From Octopus sinensis (taxonomy: Eukaryota), in NCBI RefSeq assembly GCF_006345805.1, contig NC_043001.1:114638001-114702000 (forward strand): a DNA stretch of 64,000 nucleotides, read 5' to 3'. Numbering within the stretch: position 1 is the stretch's first letter; every line of letters starts with the position of its first letter. The notes beneath the pieces were generated by a model. It was not told where the DNA came from, searched no databases, and worked only from the letters and a program-made list of their open reading frames with translations. The translations under genes and the position numbers were made by a program. Positions 39,708-52,879 of this stretch are shown piece after piece.

Positions 39708-39753
39708 TTACTTTTGACAATCTTTTACCAAAGAGTGAAACCGGTTAAGTAAA
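39708..39753 (+). ncRNA. Hammerhead-like motif with U3-A8 core at the 3' end of the PLE
   Basis: TTACTT-TTGACAA-TCTTT-tacc-AAAGA-gt-GAA-ACCGGT-T-AAGTAA, then AATAAA; two extra nucleotides before GAAA. Confidence 0.5.
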
Positions 39754-40006
39754 TAAACATCTTTTAAATTGCCATTTTCAACAAACCTTCTTTCATATAT
39801 AATTCCACTCGTGCGATACCCCACAACCTCAACTTTTATACATATATATAGATATATATATATCTATATAGAAACATATATACATGTTGTACATGGAAAT
39901 GTGCATATATATACGTACGTGCACATATATGTTTGTGTTTATGTGTATACATATACATGTTCGTGTAACTGTGTACGTATGTGACTTACATAATATTTCT
40001 AATATA

Positions 40007-40081
<75 letters not shown>

Positions 40082-40314
40082 GTTATGCATGTAATGTATG
40101 TATGTATGTATGTAATGAAGACTTGTATATGAAAAGCCAATTTTCGGATATGTTGTGAACACAATGGACAAACATTTTTGTATACGATATCCTTATATAT
40201 CATACATGTATGTGTTGTGTGTATCACAAGGGACTGTCGAGCCGTATACGTCAATGTAGGTATACGCAAATACCAAGCTTTAAGTTTGTTAATTCGTGAA
40301 CTTTTATGCCTCTG

Positions 40315-40345
<31 letters not shown>

Positions 40346-40392
40346 GAGTGGTGTGTGTGTGTATGAAAATGTACTCTATGAGATCGATATTA

Positions 40393-40430
<38 letters not shown>

Positions 40431-40915
40431 ATATAATGTATGTGTGTGTGTGTGTGTGTGGTGTGTACTGTGTGCTACATAGCTAAGCTTTAAATTCCAT
40501 TTCACTTTTACAGTTACTTATCATATATTTTCCCATTGAAGTCAATACACTCCATCCTTTCTTCTATTTCAGTATAGTATCAACAAATAAAATTGATGGA
40601 TCTATTGTAAACTTTAACACTATTTCATGGGAACAAACAGCTGACCTAGGAACATTATATTTATTTTACTTACAATATTATTGGTTGCAGCACAACCCGT
40701 GATAGATCTTACCGTGAACACTATCGAGACCATGATTAAATATCTTGTATACTTTAGATAATAATGGACTCCGTGTAAACATATATATAAATATGTATAC
40801 ACGTACTTCACCGACACGTGCGCACATAGAAACTTTTACTTATCTACACCCACGCACTCACAAAAATGTACCCCCTCGCATATACCAACACATATAGGTG
40901 TGATTGTATCTATCC

Positions 40916-41031
<116 letters not shown>

Positions 41032-41355
41032 CTATCTGTCAACCTATTTATCTTTCTATCTAACTATCTAGTTCTGCACACATGCTCACACATACATATG
41101 TATTTATATATGTGGGTGGGTTGTTGTTTGCGTATGTTTGTATATATGTATGTACATTGTGATTGTAGACTAAATCATTCGAGCGTAAATATTTGATTTT
41201 CAAACAAAAGTATAGAAAAGCCCGATAGAACAGAAACAAATTTTGATAAACACGCATGCATGCGCACACAGTTATACACATGGCTAAAGGCACAAGCCCA
41301 CACAGTCAAACTATTTTACACACATACACACGTACACACACATACACTCATATAC

Positions 41356-41398
<43 letters not shown>

Positions 41399-41583
41399 AT
41401 ATATATATATATATACACATACATATATATACTTGCATACATACATACATACGTATGTTTGTGTATGCGTAAATGTGTGTATGTGTAATCATGTATGGAT
41501 GCATATGTGTATATATAAGTGTTTCATCAATGCAAAATACTGAATACACACACACACCCGCTAACGTCTGTTTGTATATATAA

Positions 41584-41617
<34 letters not shown>

Positions 41618-41739
41618 TGTGTGTATGTGTGTGTGTAGTAACGTTAATTTGCGAATATAGTGGCAGTCCTGAGTAGGGTTATGCTACTACCTTTTAACCC
41701 CAGGAAATTTACTCTAACCCCGATATATACTGTGACCAA

Positions 41740-42297
41740 GGGAGTTTACTACTCTCTTCTAGCCGTTTGCAGTACCAGTAGACCAACGGATTTTTGGGTA
41801 ATTTCTCGTCATCGGGACTGGAGAACTGCTGGATAGTGATAGCACGTACTCGACATTACTCACAATATATAAATACAGAAGCGACAGACAGTCGCTAATC
41901 TCGTAAGATGAAAAACTAGTTTTTAAATCCCTGAATGAGATGTATGTAGTATCAATAGTGTATAATAAAGTTTTATTTGCCAACATAAAGTGGCAGCTTG
42001 TGGACCCTTATCTTACTACTTATTAATCCCAAGAAAACATCCCCTTTTACAGCTACCTATCGTCATGTGATCTTTGTCCGAGATACACTGTGAGCAACGG
42101 AGCTTACTACTCCCTTCTAAACGTTAGCATTTCCAGTAGACTAATGGTTTCTGGGTAATTTCCCGTCGTCGGTACTGGATAAATGCTGGCTAGAGATAGC
42201 AGCAAATCGAACTTTCTCACAGTATATAAACATAGAAGCGACAGAGAGTCACTGATCTCGCAAGGAGAAAAACAACTAGTTTTAAATCTCTGAATGA
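41740..42297 (+). repeat. Diverged dimer of a ~360-bp unit, each copy with TATATAAA
   Basis: ggag.ttactactc.cttcta...ccagtagac...gggtaatttc.cgtc.tcgg.actgga...tatataaa...agaagcgacaga...aactagtttt.aaatc.ctgaatga at about 41740 and 42099. Confidence 0.75.
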
Positions 42298-42406
42298 TAT
42301 ATATATATATATACAGAGAGAGAGAGAGAGAGAGATGTAGATAGATAGATGGATAGATAGATAGATAACAGATATATAGTTAAAAGATAGATAGATAGAT
42401 AGATAT

Positions 42407-42474
<68 letters not shown>

Positions 42475-42494
42475 GTCGGTAGATATGTAAAGGC

Positions 42495-42830
42495 ACAGCC
42501 ATGGCTGTGTGGTAAAAAGCTTGCTTGTCAATCACATGGTCCTGGGTTCAGTGCTACTGTGTGGCACCTTGGCCAAGCGATTCTACAAAATCTCTGGCAG
42601 ATCAAAGCCTTATGTACACATTTATATCTGTGCATCTGTTTTTGTTCCTCCCATCATCGCCTGGGAACCGATGCGGGTTTGTCTATGTCCCTGTAACTTA
42701 TCAGTTCGGCAGAAGGGACTTATAGTACTAGGCTTACAAAAAATACGTTCTGGGAAAGATTTCTTCTCCAGAATATCCGCAATCAAATGACTGAAACAAG
42801 GAAAGGAATAAAAGAATAAAAGAATATATA
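42495..42830 (+). mobile_element. Decayed gtggctgtgtggtaag-family SINE
   Basis: Head atggctgtgtggtaaaaagcttgctt; tail aatgactgaaacaagg-(aaagaata)n. Confidence 0.8.
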
Positions 42831-42840
42831 AGTATATATA

Positions 42841-44023
42841 CAGGGTGACTAAGGTATTTGAGGACATTCCTTTTTTGTGGTTATTGCTGTATTTTTTGCT
42901 AACTCTGTATAATCTTTGTTTCATAAAATAATAATGGCAGACCCTAAGCTTACTCAAAAAATGAAGAGGCATGCTGTTATTATGGTTATAAAGGCTGAGC
43001 ATATCGATTTAGAAATATTTAGATTTTTAAAAGTTGCCAGATCTTTCGTCTACAAAGTTTGTAAGGAGCTAGAGACTGAAGATAGAAACGTATCACCAGT
43101 TTCAAAGTATAAAAAGCGTTCTAATCGTTTTGAAATCATCAGAATTTATTCAGCAAGCTCAACAGACAATTGATTACAATCGCAGAAAGTCCATGAGGTC
43201 AATTGCAAAATATTTCCATGTGTCAGAAGGAACAGTCAGAAATGTTGTCCACGAAGACATCAGATATAAGTCTTATATGATGAGGAAATCTCAATTTGTC
43301 AGAAAAAGCAAGAGATCTACATCAGATCTAAAAGGCTCTTAAACAAACTGAAAAATCCAGCAGAAGAAGATTTGATTTGGTTTTTCTCAAACGAGAAAAA
43401 CTTCGAGCAAGATCAAAAAGTTGACGGAAGAAATGATAGATGGTTATGCAAACCCTTTAGAAGTCCCAAGTGCTATGCATATAAAATTACCTCTCACTGT
43501 CATGATTTTAGGGGTTGTCAGCAATGAAAGAGATGTAATGCCTCCTTACTCCTTTCTACAAAGCCTTAGAGTTAACACTGCCGCCTATATTGAGGTCCTG
43601 GAAATAATTGTTAAGCCTTGGATAGACAGTGTATGCAATGGATGCGCATATCTGTTTCAGTTATACTGCACTATCACACATGGCTCTATAAGACAGGAAT
43701 GGATTGCTGAAAATTTTGATGGTCACGTAACTCCTAACATTTAACCTCCTAATTCCCCAGGTCAATGAACACGCCCATAAAACCAAAGATTCTTTGAAAG
43801 CTACCATAGTCGGAGTAATGTCCAAAATGAACTGGGACAACTTAAATCGAGAATATAGACGATTTAGGTCTCATATAAAAGCAGTTGTTGAAGCTCGGTG
43901 GACGACATTATAGAAAAGGTTTATTTTTATCCTCATAGCATTTTTGATAAATAAAGTTATAATCTATTATTATACATCTGGTTTTTTTTTATAAACAGTT
44001 ATGAAACAATAATAGGCACTCTG
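42841..44023 (+). mobile_element. Tc1/mariner-superfamily transposon (maT-like by motif), decayed
   Basis: Termini cagggtgacta / taggcactctg in TA context; fragments RKSMRSIAKYFHVSEGTVRNVVHEDIRYKSY, FFSNEKNF.QDQK..RNDRWL, VMILGVVSNE.DVMPP, KPWID, *PPNSP. Catalytic spacing cannot be counted. Confidence 0.9.
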
Positions 44024-44049
44024 CATATGTATATATATGTATATATATA

Positions 44050-44270
44050 TATAACGGGAAGCTTTATGAAAATAAACAAAAGACGAAGGCAGGTGGAAAA
44101 CAAACGAACAATTGTATTAGTATGGCGCTCAGGAAATATAAATAAAACAAGTCTTTAACGTTTCGAGCCTACGCTCTTCAACAGAAAGATACACAGAGAG
44201 AGAAAAACACAGAAAGAAGGAGAGAAAGAAACAAAATGCGTGCAGTAGCTAACGAACAACATGGCGATTA
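44050..44270 (-). mobile_element. PLE-type 3' terminus with hammerhead at 44152-44189
   Basis: TCTTT-CTGTTGA-A-GAGC-gtag-GCTC-GAA-ACGT-T-AAAGA: all three helices intact, A6 replaced by U; ends in (TA)n. Confidence 0.7.
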
Positions 44271-44657
44271 TACATACAGCATTACATACAGACAGACACA
44301 CACACACACACATACACACACACACACAACATATATATATATATAGATATTTATATTATATATAAATTTAAAACACCATAATCTCGAAACGCATCTGTGG
44401 CTAACCGGAGTCGTGTTGATTCATTGTTTTTCTCTTTGCCTACGTAAAAATGTAGTAGAAAAGGAATTATTTAACTCCTATTTCTAAATTCAGTATGTAG
44501 TGAAGCAATTAGCTGACCCCTAATTATAATGATGTTTATAATTATAGAATATTTGTATAATTTTACCTATAAAGGTTATTTTAACCTATTGATCTACTTG
44601 GTAAAATTATTAATTACTTGAATGATTAATTAATTGATTTAATTAATTAATTTTACC

Positions 44658-44688
<31 letters not shown>

Positions 44689-45061
44689 TGTTGTGTATGT
44701 ATGTATATAACATACACACACAAACATACAAATGAATGCCCACATACACACATATACATACACATGAGCGTGTGCGTGCGTATATTTTAAATTCTTTTCA
44801 CAAATTTGATCGTTTTACTAATGACGTGTCACTAAAACTGTCACTCTGAGTAAGCTTCTATTAGTGATACTTCGATGCCATTATCAAGAAAATTTAGATA
44901 TTAGATTAGACTGCAGACATGGATGTTTCTTTGCTTCCGTTAAATATTCGTCTGAATGATGTATGAATCTACATCGATATTGAAACGTACTGAAACACAC
45001 ACATTCATAAACACACACACATACATACATACATACATACATACATACATACATACATACA

Positions 45062-45092
<31 letters not shown>

Positions 45093-45492
45093 GTGTGTGT
45101 ATCTGTATGTGTGCACGACAAAGACAAAGTTGAAAACGTACCAATGCATTTCAGATAAAACAAAGGAAATGTAAAATCTTATTCATTCATCATTTTGTCA
45201 GTCGTGAAGTAAGAGGAAATATTCCATTTGGTATATTTTGTGTACGGTATTAACTTCATCACTTGTCAGCAAGTCGGCGTTGTTGGAGATGTCGGGTAGA
45301 GAGGAAATGCATTTTATGTGTGCTTATGAACGCACGCGCATACTCATACGTAGAAAATGTTTAAATTCTACCTCCTTGTATTTCTAAGCTGCATTTTTAC
45401 AATTGTATTGCTTAAAAATACATTAATACGCGTTATATAGTTAATTTTTTTTCCATCCTGGTTTCGCTTCTAATATGTGATAGATCTTTTAC

Positions 45493-45760
45493 TTTACGAG
45501 GTTGTATCAAAAAGTTCTCTGACTAATTATGTTTAACAGAAAATAACTTATTTAGCTAAATTTTAACATCTCCTTCGAAATTATCCGCTTGTGCAGCAAT
45601 TCACTAGTCCCAGAGTTACTGCAACTTTTGGAATTCCGCATGGAAATCATTTTCCGTACATGAGTCAAGAGCCTTCTTCAATTCACACTGGATCTCGATA
45701 ACGGTGTTAAAACTCTGACCTTTGAGCCACATTTTCATCTTGGGAAAGAGATGGAAGTCC
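45493..45760 (-). mobile_element. mariner 3' fragment with TIR
   Basis: DFHLFPKMKMWLKGQSF..VIEIQ....L.......F...FQK...W...IAAQ...FEGD; terminus tacgaggttgtatcaaaaagtt. Confidence 0.8.
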
Positions 45761-46232
45761 GTAGATCCTTATGGACTTATTTAGGGTTTGGATGTGAACC
45801 TCGACTTAAGCTATGATATAGTCTATCGACTGGAATCAGCATTGTTTTCTTGGTACTGGTTAACAATATAGGTGGTACTACTTACAGTAACAACTATATA
45901 TGTTGCTAGCATATAATAATGGATTTAACATCATAGATTTTTAATGCTGAAAGTGATGTGTTGAAATATACTTACGCAGATATTGATAATTATAGTAAAC
46001 ATAGCTGTCAAAGTTCATTAGAGATTTAAACTTGGCTTATATTTTCCCATAAAAATATATTTTGTAATACATAATGATATATTTTGAAACAATAAGATTG
46101 CAAAGAATTGTTTTACAATAACTTAATTAATTACAATACAAAATTAATTGGGGATTTTGTTACACAAACACACATATAGATAGATATATACACGCACACA
46201 CATATATATGTATACAGAGAAAGGCAAAAGTG

Positions 46233-46275
<43 letters not shown>

Positions 46276-47061
46276 ATATAATGTGTATACACATGTATAC
46301 ATATACATATACATACATATACATCAGAATACACAATAATTAAATTGTTATTCATTACATTCAATACAGCTTCATAATAGTTATATACATATATGTGTGT
46401 GTGTGTGTGTATGTATGAATGTTTGTATCCATATAGGTATATAAAGCTGTGGCCAATATGAATTTTAGAAATACGAGTATGATGCGTAAAATTAAAATTC
46501 TATGAATGGTTATTCATCAGTAACCTGCAGTCGTGTAAAGGGGTAGTTCCAAATACTACTATATGTTGTCCGATTGATGAGTTAGATTAGTCTCTGAGTT
46601 ATTTGGATTCCGTCGGTTACAAATGACTGGTTTTAATAATTTTCTTAGTATCAGACATTCATCCTCAAGTCCACAAGTATCTATTACTTATATCATTGGC
46701 TTTAATGATCAGAAGAACGTCTATTCTCAAATATTTGCACACGGGTGTTTTGGGCAACGAGTCACGATTGCAGGCACGAGTCTTTTATTCTATTCATGAA
46801 ATATTCTGTTATGCTGGTGATGTACCATGCACCGCATTTTCATTCTCCCGATCGGCGCGCCATCTACTGAACGTAAAAAAAGTGTTTAACTGAGAAAATA
46901 TCGTAAAATTTTGATTTCATTGTTTCCAATACTAATTCAATATTCTTGTCTCCGATTATATTCTCATGAGACATTTAATATCTGGCGCAACGTAGATTTC
47001 GATTTAAATATATATTCTTCCTGTATTCCTCCTCTGGATAAAACTGAGTGCATTATTTTAT

Positions 47062-47240
47062 TATCGTTAGCGGAATCGTTAGCATGCCAGACAAAATGCT
47101 TAGTAGCATTTCATCCGTCTTTTATATTCTGAGTTCAAATTCTGCTATTGTTGACTGTAGCCTTCGTCGTTTCGACGTCGATGAAATAAGTACCAGCTGA
47201 GCAAAGGAGTCGATGCAATCGTCTTGACCCCTATAATAGA
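47062..47240 (+). mobile_element. tRNA-derived SINE (22020 family)
   Basis: gaatcgttagcatgcc...aatgcttag...ttctgagttcaaattc...aagtaccag...gtcgat. Confidence 0.75.
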
Positions 47241-47241
47241 A

Positions 47242-47285
<44 letters not shown>

Positions 47286-47350
47286 GATTGTTATTATTTT
47301 TGTTATTATTATTATTATTACTACTATTATTATTATTATTATTATTATTA

Positions 47351-47898
47351 TGTGAGAGAGCAGTGCATACCATCAAAGTGACACTGGGGTAAAATATACG
47401 AAGCCCAATATACCCATCATGACTACCCGTCTGATAAAGGTACACCAGGCACATGCATCACAACCATATGTGCGCGACATGGTGATCTCATATCAAAATA
47501 AACAGCACATGACCTTGCAGGTGGGGCCCAGTTAGAATTTTCTTCAGGTTGAGTAGCCCATCCCGCTCAAAAGGTCCCTGAATAAGGGTTTTTTAAGGAT
47601 GTTGAAAGAACCACCCATGTTTCCAGAGGTGAATTATTCAAACCCCAAAGATCCCTCTCAACACATGGCTATGATGCTCCCCCACTATTTCTGCTCGTGA
47701 TCAGAGATGCACATATCGTCAGCCACTAAGGACATGCTCAACTGGTTAAGGTCAAACAACTGACAAGCAAATCTGTGGTATTGAGCAGAATATTTGCTGT
47801 AGCCCATCTTTTATACCAAGACAAAACAATGTACATAACACTTCCAATCAGTTAAGATCAGAAGCCATGAGAGCCACTGCCTGGTACTGCATCAGGGC

Positions 47899-47902
<4 letters not shown>
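47351..47902. mobile_element. Unclassified ~550-bp interspersed element embedded in (ATT)n
   Basis: GC-richer unique block with sharp (ATT)n boundaries on both sides; no readable ORF. Confidence 0.45.
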
Positions 47903-47961
<59 letters not shown>

Positions 47962-48335
47962 AATTATTATTATTATTACCTTCGTGAAGAAACTATTATT
48001 AATATCGTAAATTGTAATTGCTGCATTTTCCAGACTTCATATAACCGTTGAATGCAGCTGGTGTTCACCAGGAATTTCTTTTTGCTCTATTACAAACGAG
48101 AAATTTAGGCATGTGTTGGCAGGGCGAAACTCATTCACTTCTTTTTAAAATTTCAATCTTAAACAAGAATTTCCTTGAATATCGATCAGTTTCCTGCCAG
48201 AAGGTTTATACTGCCGCTGTTGTTAATCATCCGTCCGTTATCGTTAGGATATCAATTACTACACGAAACATTGTACTTTTATAACAACAATCACAACGGA
48301 GTGGTGACGTGAGAACACATTACTGTTAAATCTAA

Positions 48336-48395
<60 letters not shown>

Positions 48396-48552
48396 AAGAA
48401 GTAGTAGTAGTAACAGCAGCAGCAATAGCACCGGCTGCTGCAATATCAGCACCAACAGTCTTAAAAGTAGCAGGAACTGCAGTATTAGTGGTTGTTAGTG
48501 ATTGTTACTGGAGGTGATAGTTGTAGCAGATATAGTAGTAGTAGTATTAGTG

Positions 48553-48597
<45 letters not shown>

Positions 48598-48974
48598 AGT
48601 AGTAGTAGTAGTATATTAGGACAGCGGTCTTTTCAAATTTAAAAGACATATCACCGAAAGCTTTCGTTTTCTAGCTACTACATCATTTTCATTTTCTCGG
48701 TCAAAGTTTACCTTCGACTACATTATATAATGTGCTCAACATTTATGAAGACAGTACGATGTGATTGCACGAAAATTTGGTAATAGTTTTTGACAGGGTG
48801 CAGTGAAAATATATAGAGGTTTTAAGAAACTATACTGTGAATTAATTACATAAGCAGGATAACATTGCTAACGCAGATGACGATGGTGACAACGAGGGAG
48901 ACTTCTATAAAGATAATTGTCATTGTCATCATTCGAAGCCGTGCTGAATGAACATCAGTTAAAATTGGTTTTGG

Positions 48975-49192
48975 AATGAAAGAAAAGAAACGGAAAGAAG
49001 CAAAGGAAGGAAGGAAGGAAGGGAGGGAGGGAGGGAGTTAGGAAATGTAAGAAAGAAAGGGAGAAAGAGAGAGAGAGAAAGAAAGATAAAGAAAAAACGA
49101 AAAGAAAGAAAACAACGAAAGTGAGAAAGCAATTAAAAACGAAGGAAAGAAAGAGCACTTTAGGGAGGAAGGAAAGAGGGAAGGAAGGAGAC

Positions 49193-49227
<35 letters not shown>

Positions 49228-49640
49228 AATGAAGGAAGGAAGAATGAATGAACAAGTAAATCACAGAAGAAAGGAAGAAAGGAAGAAAGAAAAAAGAAAG
49301 AAAGAAAGAAAAAGAAAGGAAATAAGGAAGAAAGGATGGGAGGAAGAAACGTATGAAGGAAAAGTGAATGAACAAATAAATCACAGAAGAAAGGAAGAAG
49401 GGAAGAAAGAACGAAAGAAAGAAAGAAAGAAAGAAAAATTAGGGAAAGAAAGGAAGAAGAGAAGGAAGAAAGATTGAAACAAAGAAAGAATGGAAGGAGG
49501 AAAGGGAGGAAAATAGGAAGAAATGAAGGAAGAAAGAAAGAAAGAATGAAAGGTGGACAGAAAGAAAGAAACAAAGAAGCAGAGAAAAGCTGACAGAAAG
49601 AAACAAAAATGAAGGAAAGAAAGAAAGAAAATAATGACCA
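48975..49640 (+). repeat. ~660-bp purine-rich (GAAA/GGAA)n tract with an internal ~120-bp duplication
   Basis: gaatgaacaa.taaatcacagaagaaaggaagaa at about 49245 and 49367. Confidence 0.9.
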
Positions 49641-49854
49641 AAATATAGGGAGAAAAATGCAGTAATTTTATTTATCATTGTTGAAAGAAAAAAACACCCG
49701 CATTATAAAAGACACAGAAAACCTGCCTGAAAAAAATTGAAAAGAGAGACAGGAATACACGAAGACATAAATCTTGTTCTATATTATCTTTAGTTTTATT
49801 TCTTTCATAGTTTAAAAGAAAAGAAATATAGGAATCCGGAAACAATATTTGTAA

Positions 49855-49903
49855 AGCAATAATAATAACAATAATAATAATCATAATAATAATAATAATA
49901 ATA

Positions 49904-49936
<33 letters not shown>

Positions 49937-49962
49937 ACAACAAGAATGATGATAGTAATGAA

Positions 49963-50012
<50 letters not shown>

Positions 50013-50116
50013 CAACAAGAATGATGATAGTAATGATGATGATAATAATAATAATAATATTAATAATAATATAATAATAATAATAATACAACAACAAGAA
50101 TGATGATAGTAATGAA

Positions 50117-50153
<37 letters not shown>

Positions 50154-50380
50154 TAAAAAAATATAATAATAATAACACAACAAGAATGATGATAGTAATG
50201 ATGATGATAATAATAATAATAATATTAATAATAATATAATAATAATAATAATACAATTTAATAATAATAATAGTAATAATTATAATAATAATAATAATAA
50301 TAACAACAACAACAACAACGACAACAACAAGAAGAACAAGAATGATGATGATAGTAATGATAATACTAATAATAATAATG
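49855..50380. repeat. (AAT)n tract with higher-order unit aacaacaagaatgatgatagtaatga
   Basis: Unit recurs about five times at 75-160-bp spacing. Confidence 0.9.
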
Positions 50381-50595
50381 GAATATATAAATAAAAAGGA
50401 ATTTTGAAAAATAAAAATTTGCTAAAAAAAAACAAGATTTTTACTAAATCGATAATATATCAAGTTTAATTGATGATCAGCAAAAATCTATGTTCATACT
50501 GAAAGGCTGATAAAAGAAATTAAATTGATAAATGAATGAACGAAAGCCCACTAATAACAGTAAATAATATGAGTAAAAAAATAACAGCAATAATG

Positions 50596-50647
<52 letters not shown>

Positions 50648-50675
50648 CAACAATACATCATGATGATGATGTCGG

Positions 50676-50730
<55 letters not shown>

Positions 50731-51497
50731 CGTGGTGGAGTTGGTGGTGTTGAAAATGATGAATAACCAAAAGTTGCTACAAATATCTAATTAATTGCAC
50801 GCATGTGTTTGAATGAACTTACGGGGCAGTGCATGTATGTATGTGTGTGTGTAGGTATGTGTGTGTATGTATGTATGTGTGTGTATGTATGTATGTATGT
50901 GTGTGTATTTGTGTGCGTGTGTGTATGTATGTATGTATGTATGTTTGTAAACATATGTGTATGTGAGTGTGTGTGTGTCTGTGTGTGTGTGTGTTCCTCA
51001 TGATATGTAGCTTTGTGATTGAAAGAGTTTATAACAGCTGAAGTTATGAGAAAGAAAATTACTGAAATGGTTAACATGCTTTCATTCACTTTAAATAATA
51101 GCCAGAATGTGTAGGAATGTGTAAGTACAAATGGGATATCTCGACATAAAACAATGTGGAATAGAGGATGTTCTATATATATATTATATATATACATGCA
51201 CACGCTTGAACACATACATTGTACACGCATGAAAAGTGCTCATTACACTTCCGTGTATATATGTCAGTGTGTGTTTGTGAATAAATGTTCGGTTGTGTAT
51301 GCCTTCTTTGGAAATGATTGGAATGTCGGAATTCTGTGGAACGTCTTCTCAGATAATCGGTTTGTGTTCAATGTTTTTCCAGGGGTGGAATCAGCTGAGT
51401 GTCAGACATAATATTTCGACTTATAAAGATTCAACAGTTTACGTTCTAGTTTCGAATCTCTGTAAGCTTGACATGGCATTTCATTCTTTTCTGTGGG

Positions 51498-51910
51498 TAC
51501 TCTTTACTCTTTTACTCTTTTACTTGTTTCAGTCATTTGACTGCGGCCATGCTGGAGCACCGCCTTTAGTCGAGCAAGTCGACCCCGGGACTTATTCTTT
51601 TTTGTAAGTACAGTACTTATTCTATCGGTCTCTTTTGCCGAACCGCTAAGTGACGGGGACGTAAACACACCAGCATCGGTTGTCAAGCAATGCTAGTGGG
51701 ACAAACACAGACACACAAACACACACATATATATATATACATATATATGACAGGCTTCTTTCAGTTTCCGTCTACCAAATCCAATCACAAGGCATTGGTC
51801 GTCCTGGGGCTATAGCAGAAGACACTTGCCCAAGGTGCCACGCAGTGGGACTGAACCCGTAACCATGTGGTTGGTAAGCAAGCTACTTACCACACAGCCA
51901 CTCCTGCGCC
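51498..51910 (-). mobile_element. Near-intact tRNA-derived SINE with (AAAGAGT)n tail
   Basis: A-box tggctgtgtgg, B-box gggttcagtcc, internal (TA)/(TG) tract, tandem-repeat tail. Confidence 0.9.
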
Positions 51911-52240
51911 TCTTGCAGTTATAAATACACTAGCTAGTCCGTGCATAATTTACTTAAATAGAATGATAATTTACAGAAGTAGGAAGTAATGTGGGTTGAA
52001 GGGCTCGATCATATAATTTTTAAAATTAAAAATGTCCGTCGGTAACATGTTTCGAGCAAGCAATAAACAATATATCTCTTTTCCAGCAGAAAGAGCTGGA
52101 TTTCGTGCAAATAATGATGCATTGCAAAACAAAATAACAATCATGAGTCTGAGGAATTATTCAGAAAGATTGAAAAGGAAATTCATTAATCCGAAAATGC
52201 AATAAGAGATGTAGTGGAACAAAACCGAATATTATGCGTA

Positions 52241-52331
<91 letters not shown>

Positions 52332-52660
52332 ATATATATATATATATATATATAATTGTGTTACCGTTAAGTGGTTAACTCTAGTGCTAAAAATAGCTCC
52401 TTATTCTGGTATAGCCACCGAAGTTGTTTCCACAAAGAATTAACATTACCCTCAACGTAAGGAAAGTGAAACACAACGATAGATAGATTAATGCTGAACA
52501 ATTGTTTCTTTATCAATATAATATGCAATTATACTCACATATTTATCTATAAGTCATCAGCAGCATTTGTCTTCGATACAATTTATTGGACCCTCACAAG
52601 CGACAAGTACCCATGCGGTCCAATCGATTGCATACATAGTTGTGATTCAGGTTTCCCGCC

Positions 52661-52729
<69 letters not shown>

Positions 52730-52879
52730 GCGAGTTAACATAGGTTTCCTTGATGACAATATGACCTTATATATATTTGTCGTATCTTCTATATATTCGT
52801 CGTACCCCTCATTAAGTAATTATTACTTCCGAGGGTCTGCTAGCGAGGAATCATTTCCTCAACTTTGATTTTATATATA

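Noticed and set aside
44940-44995. GATGTA/TACATC hairpin followed by GAAACGTA
   Set aside because: Spacing is incompatible with the hammerhead core
51410-51445. CTGTTGA...GAAATATT on the minus strand
   Set aside because: Helix II only 3 bp and helix I absent
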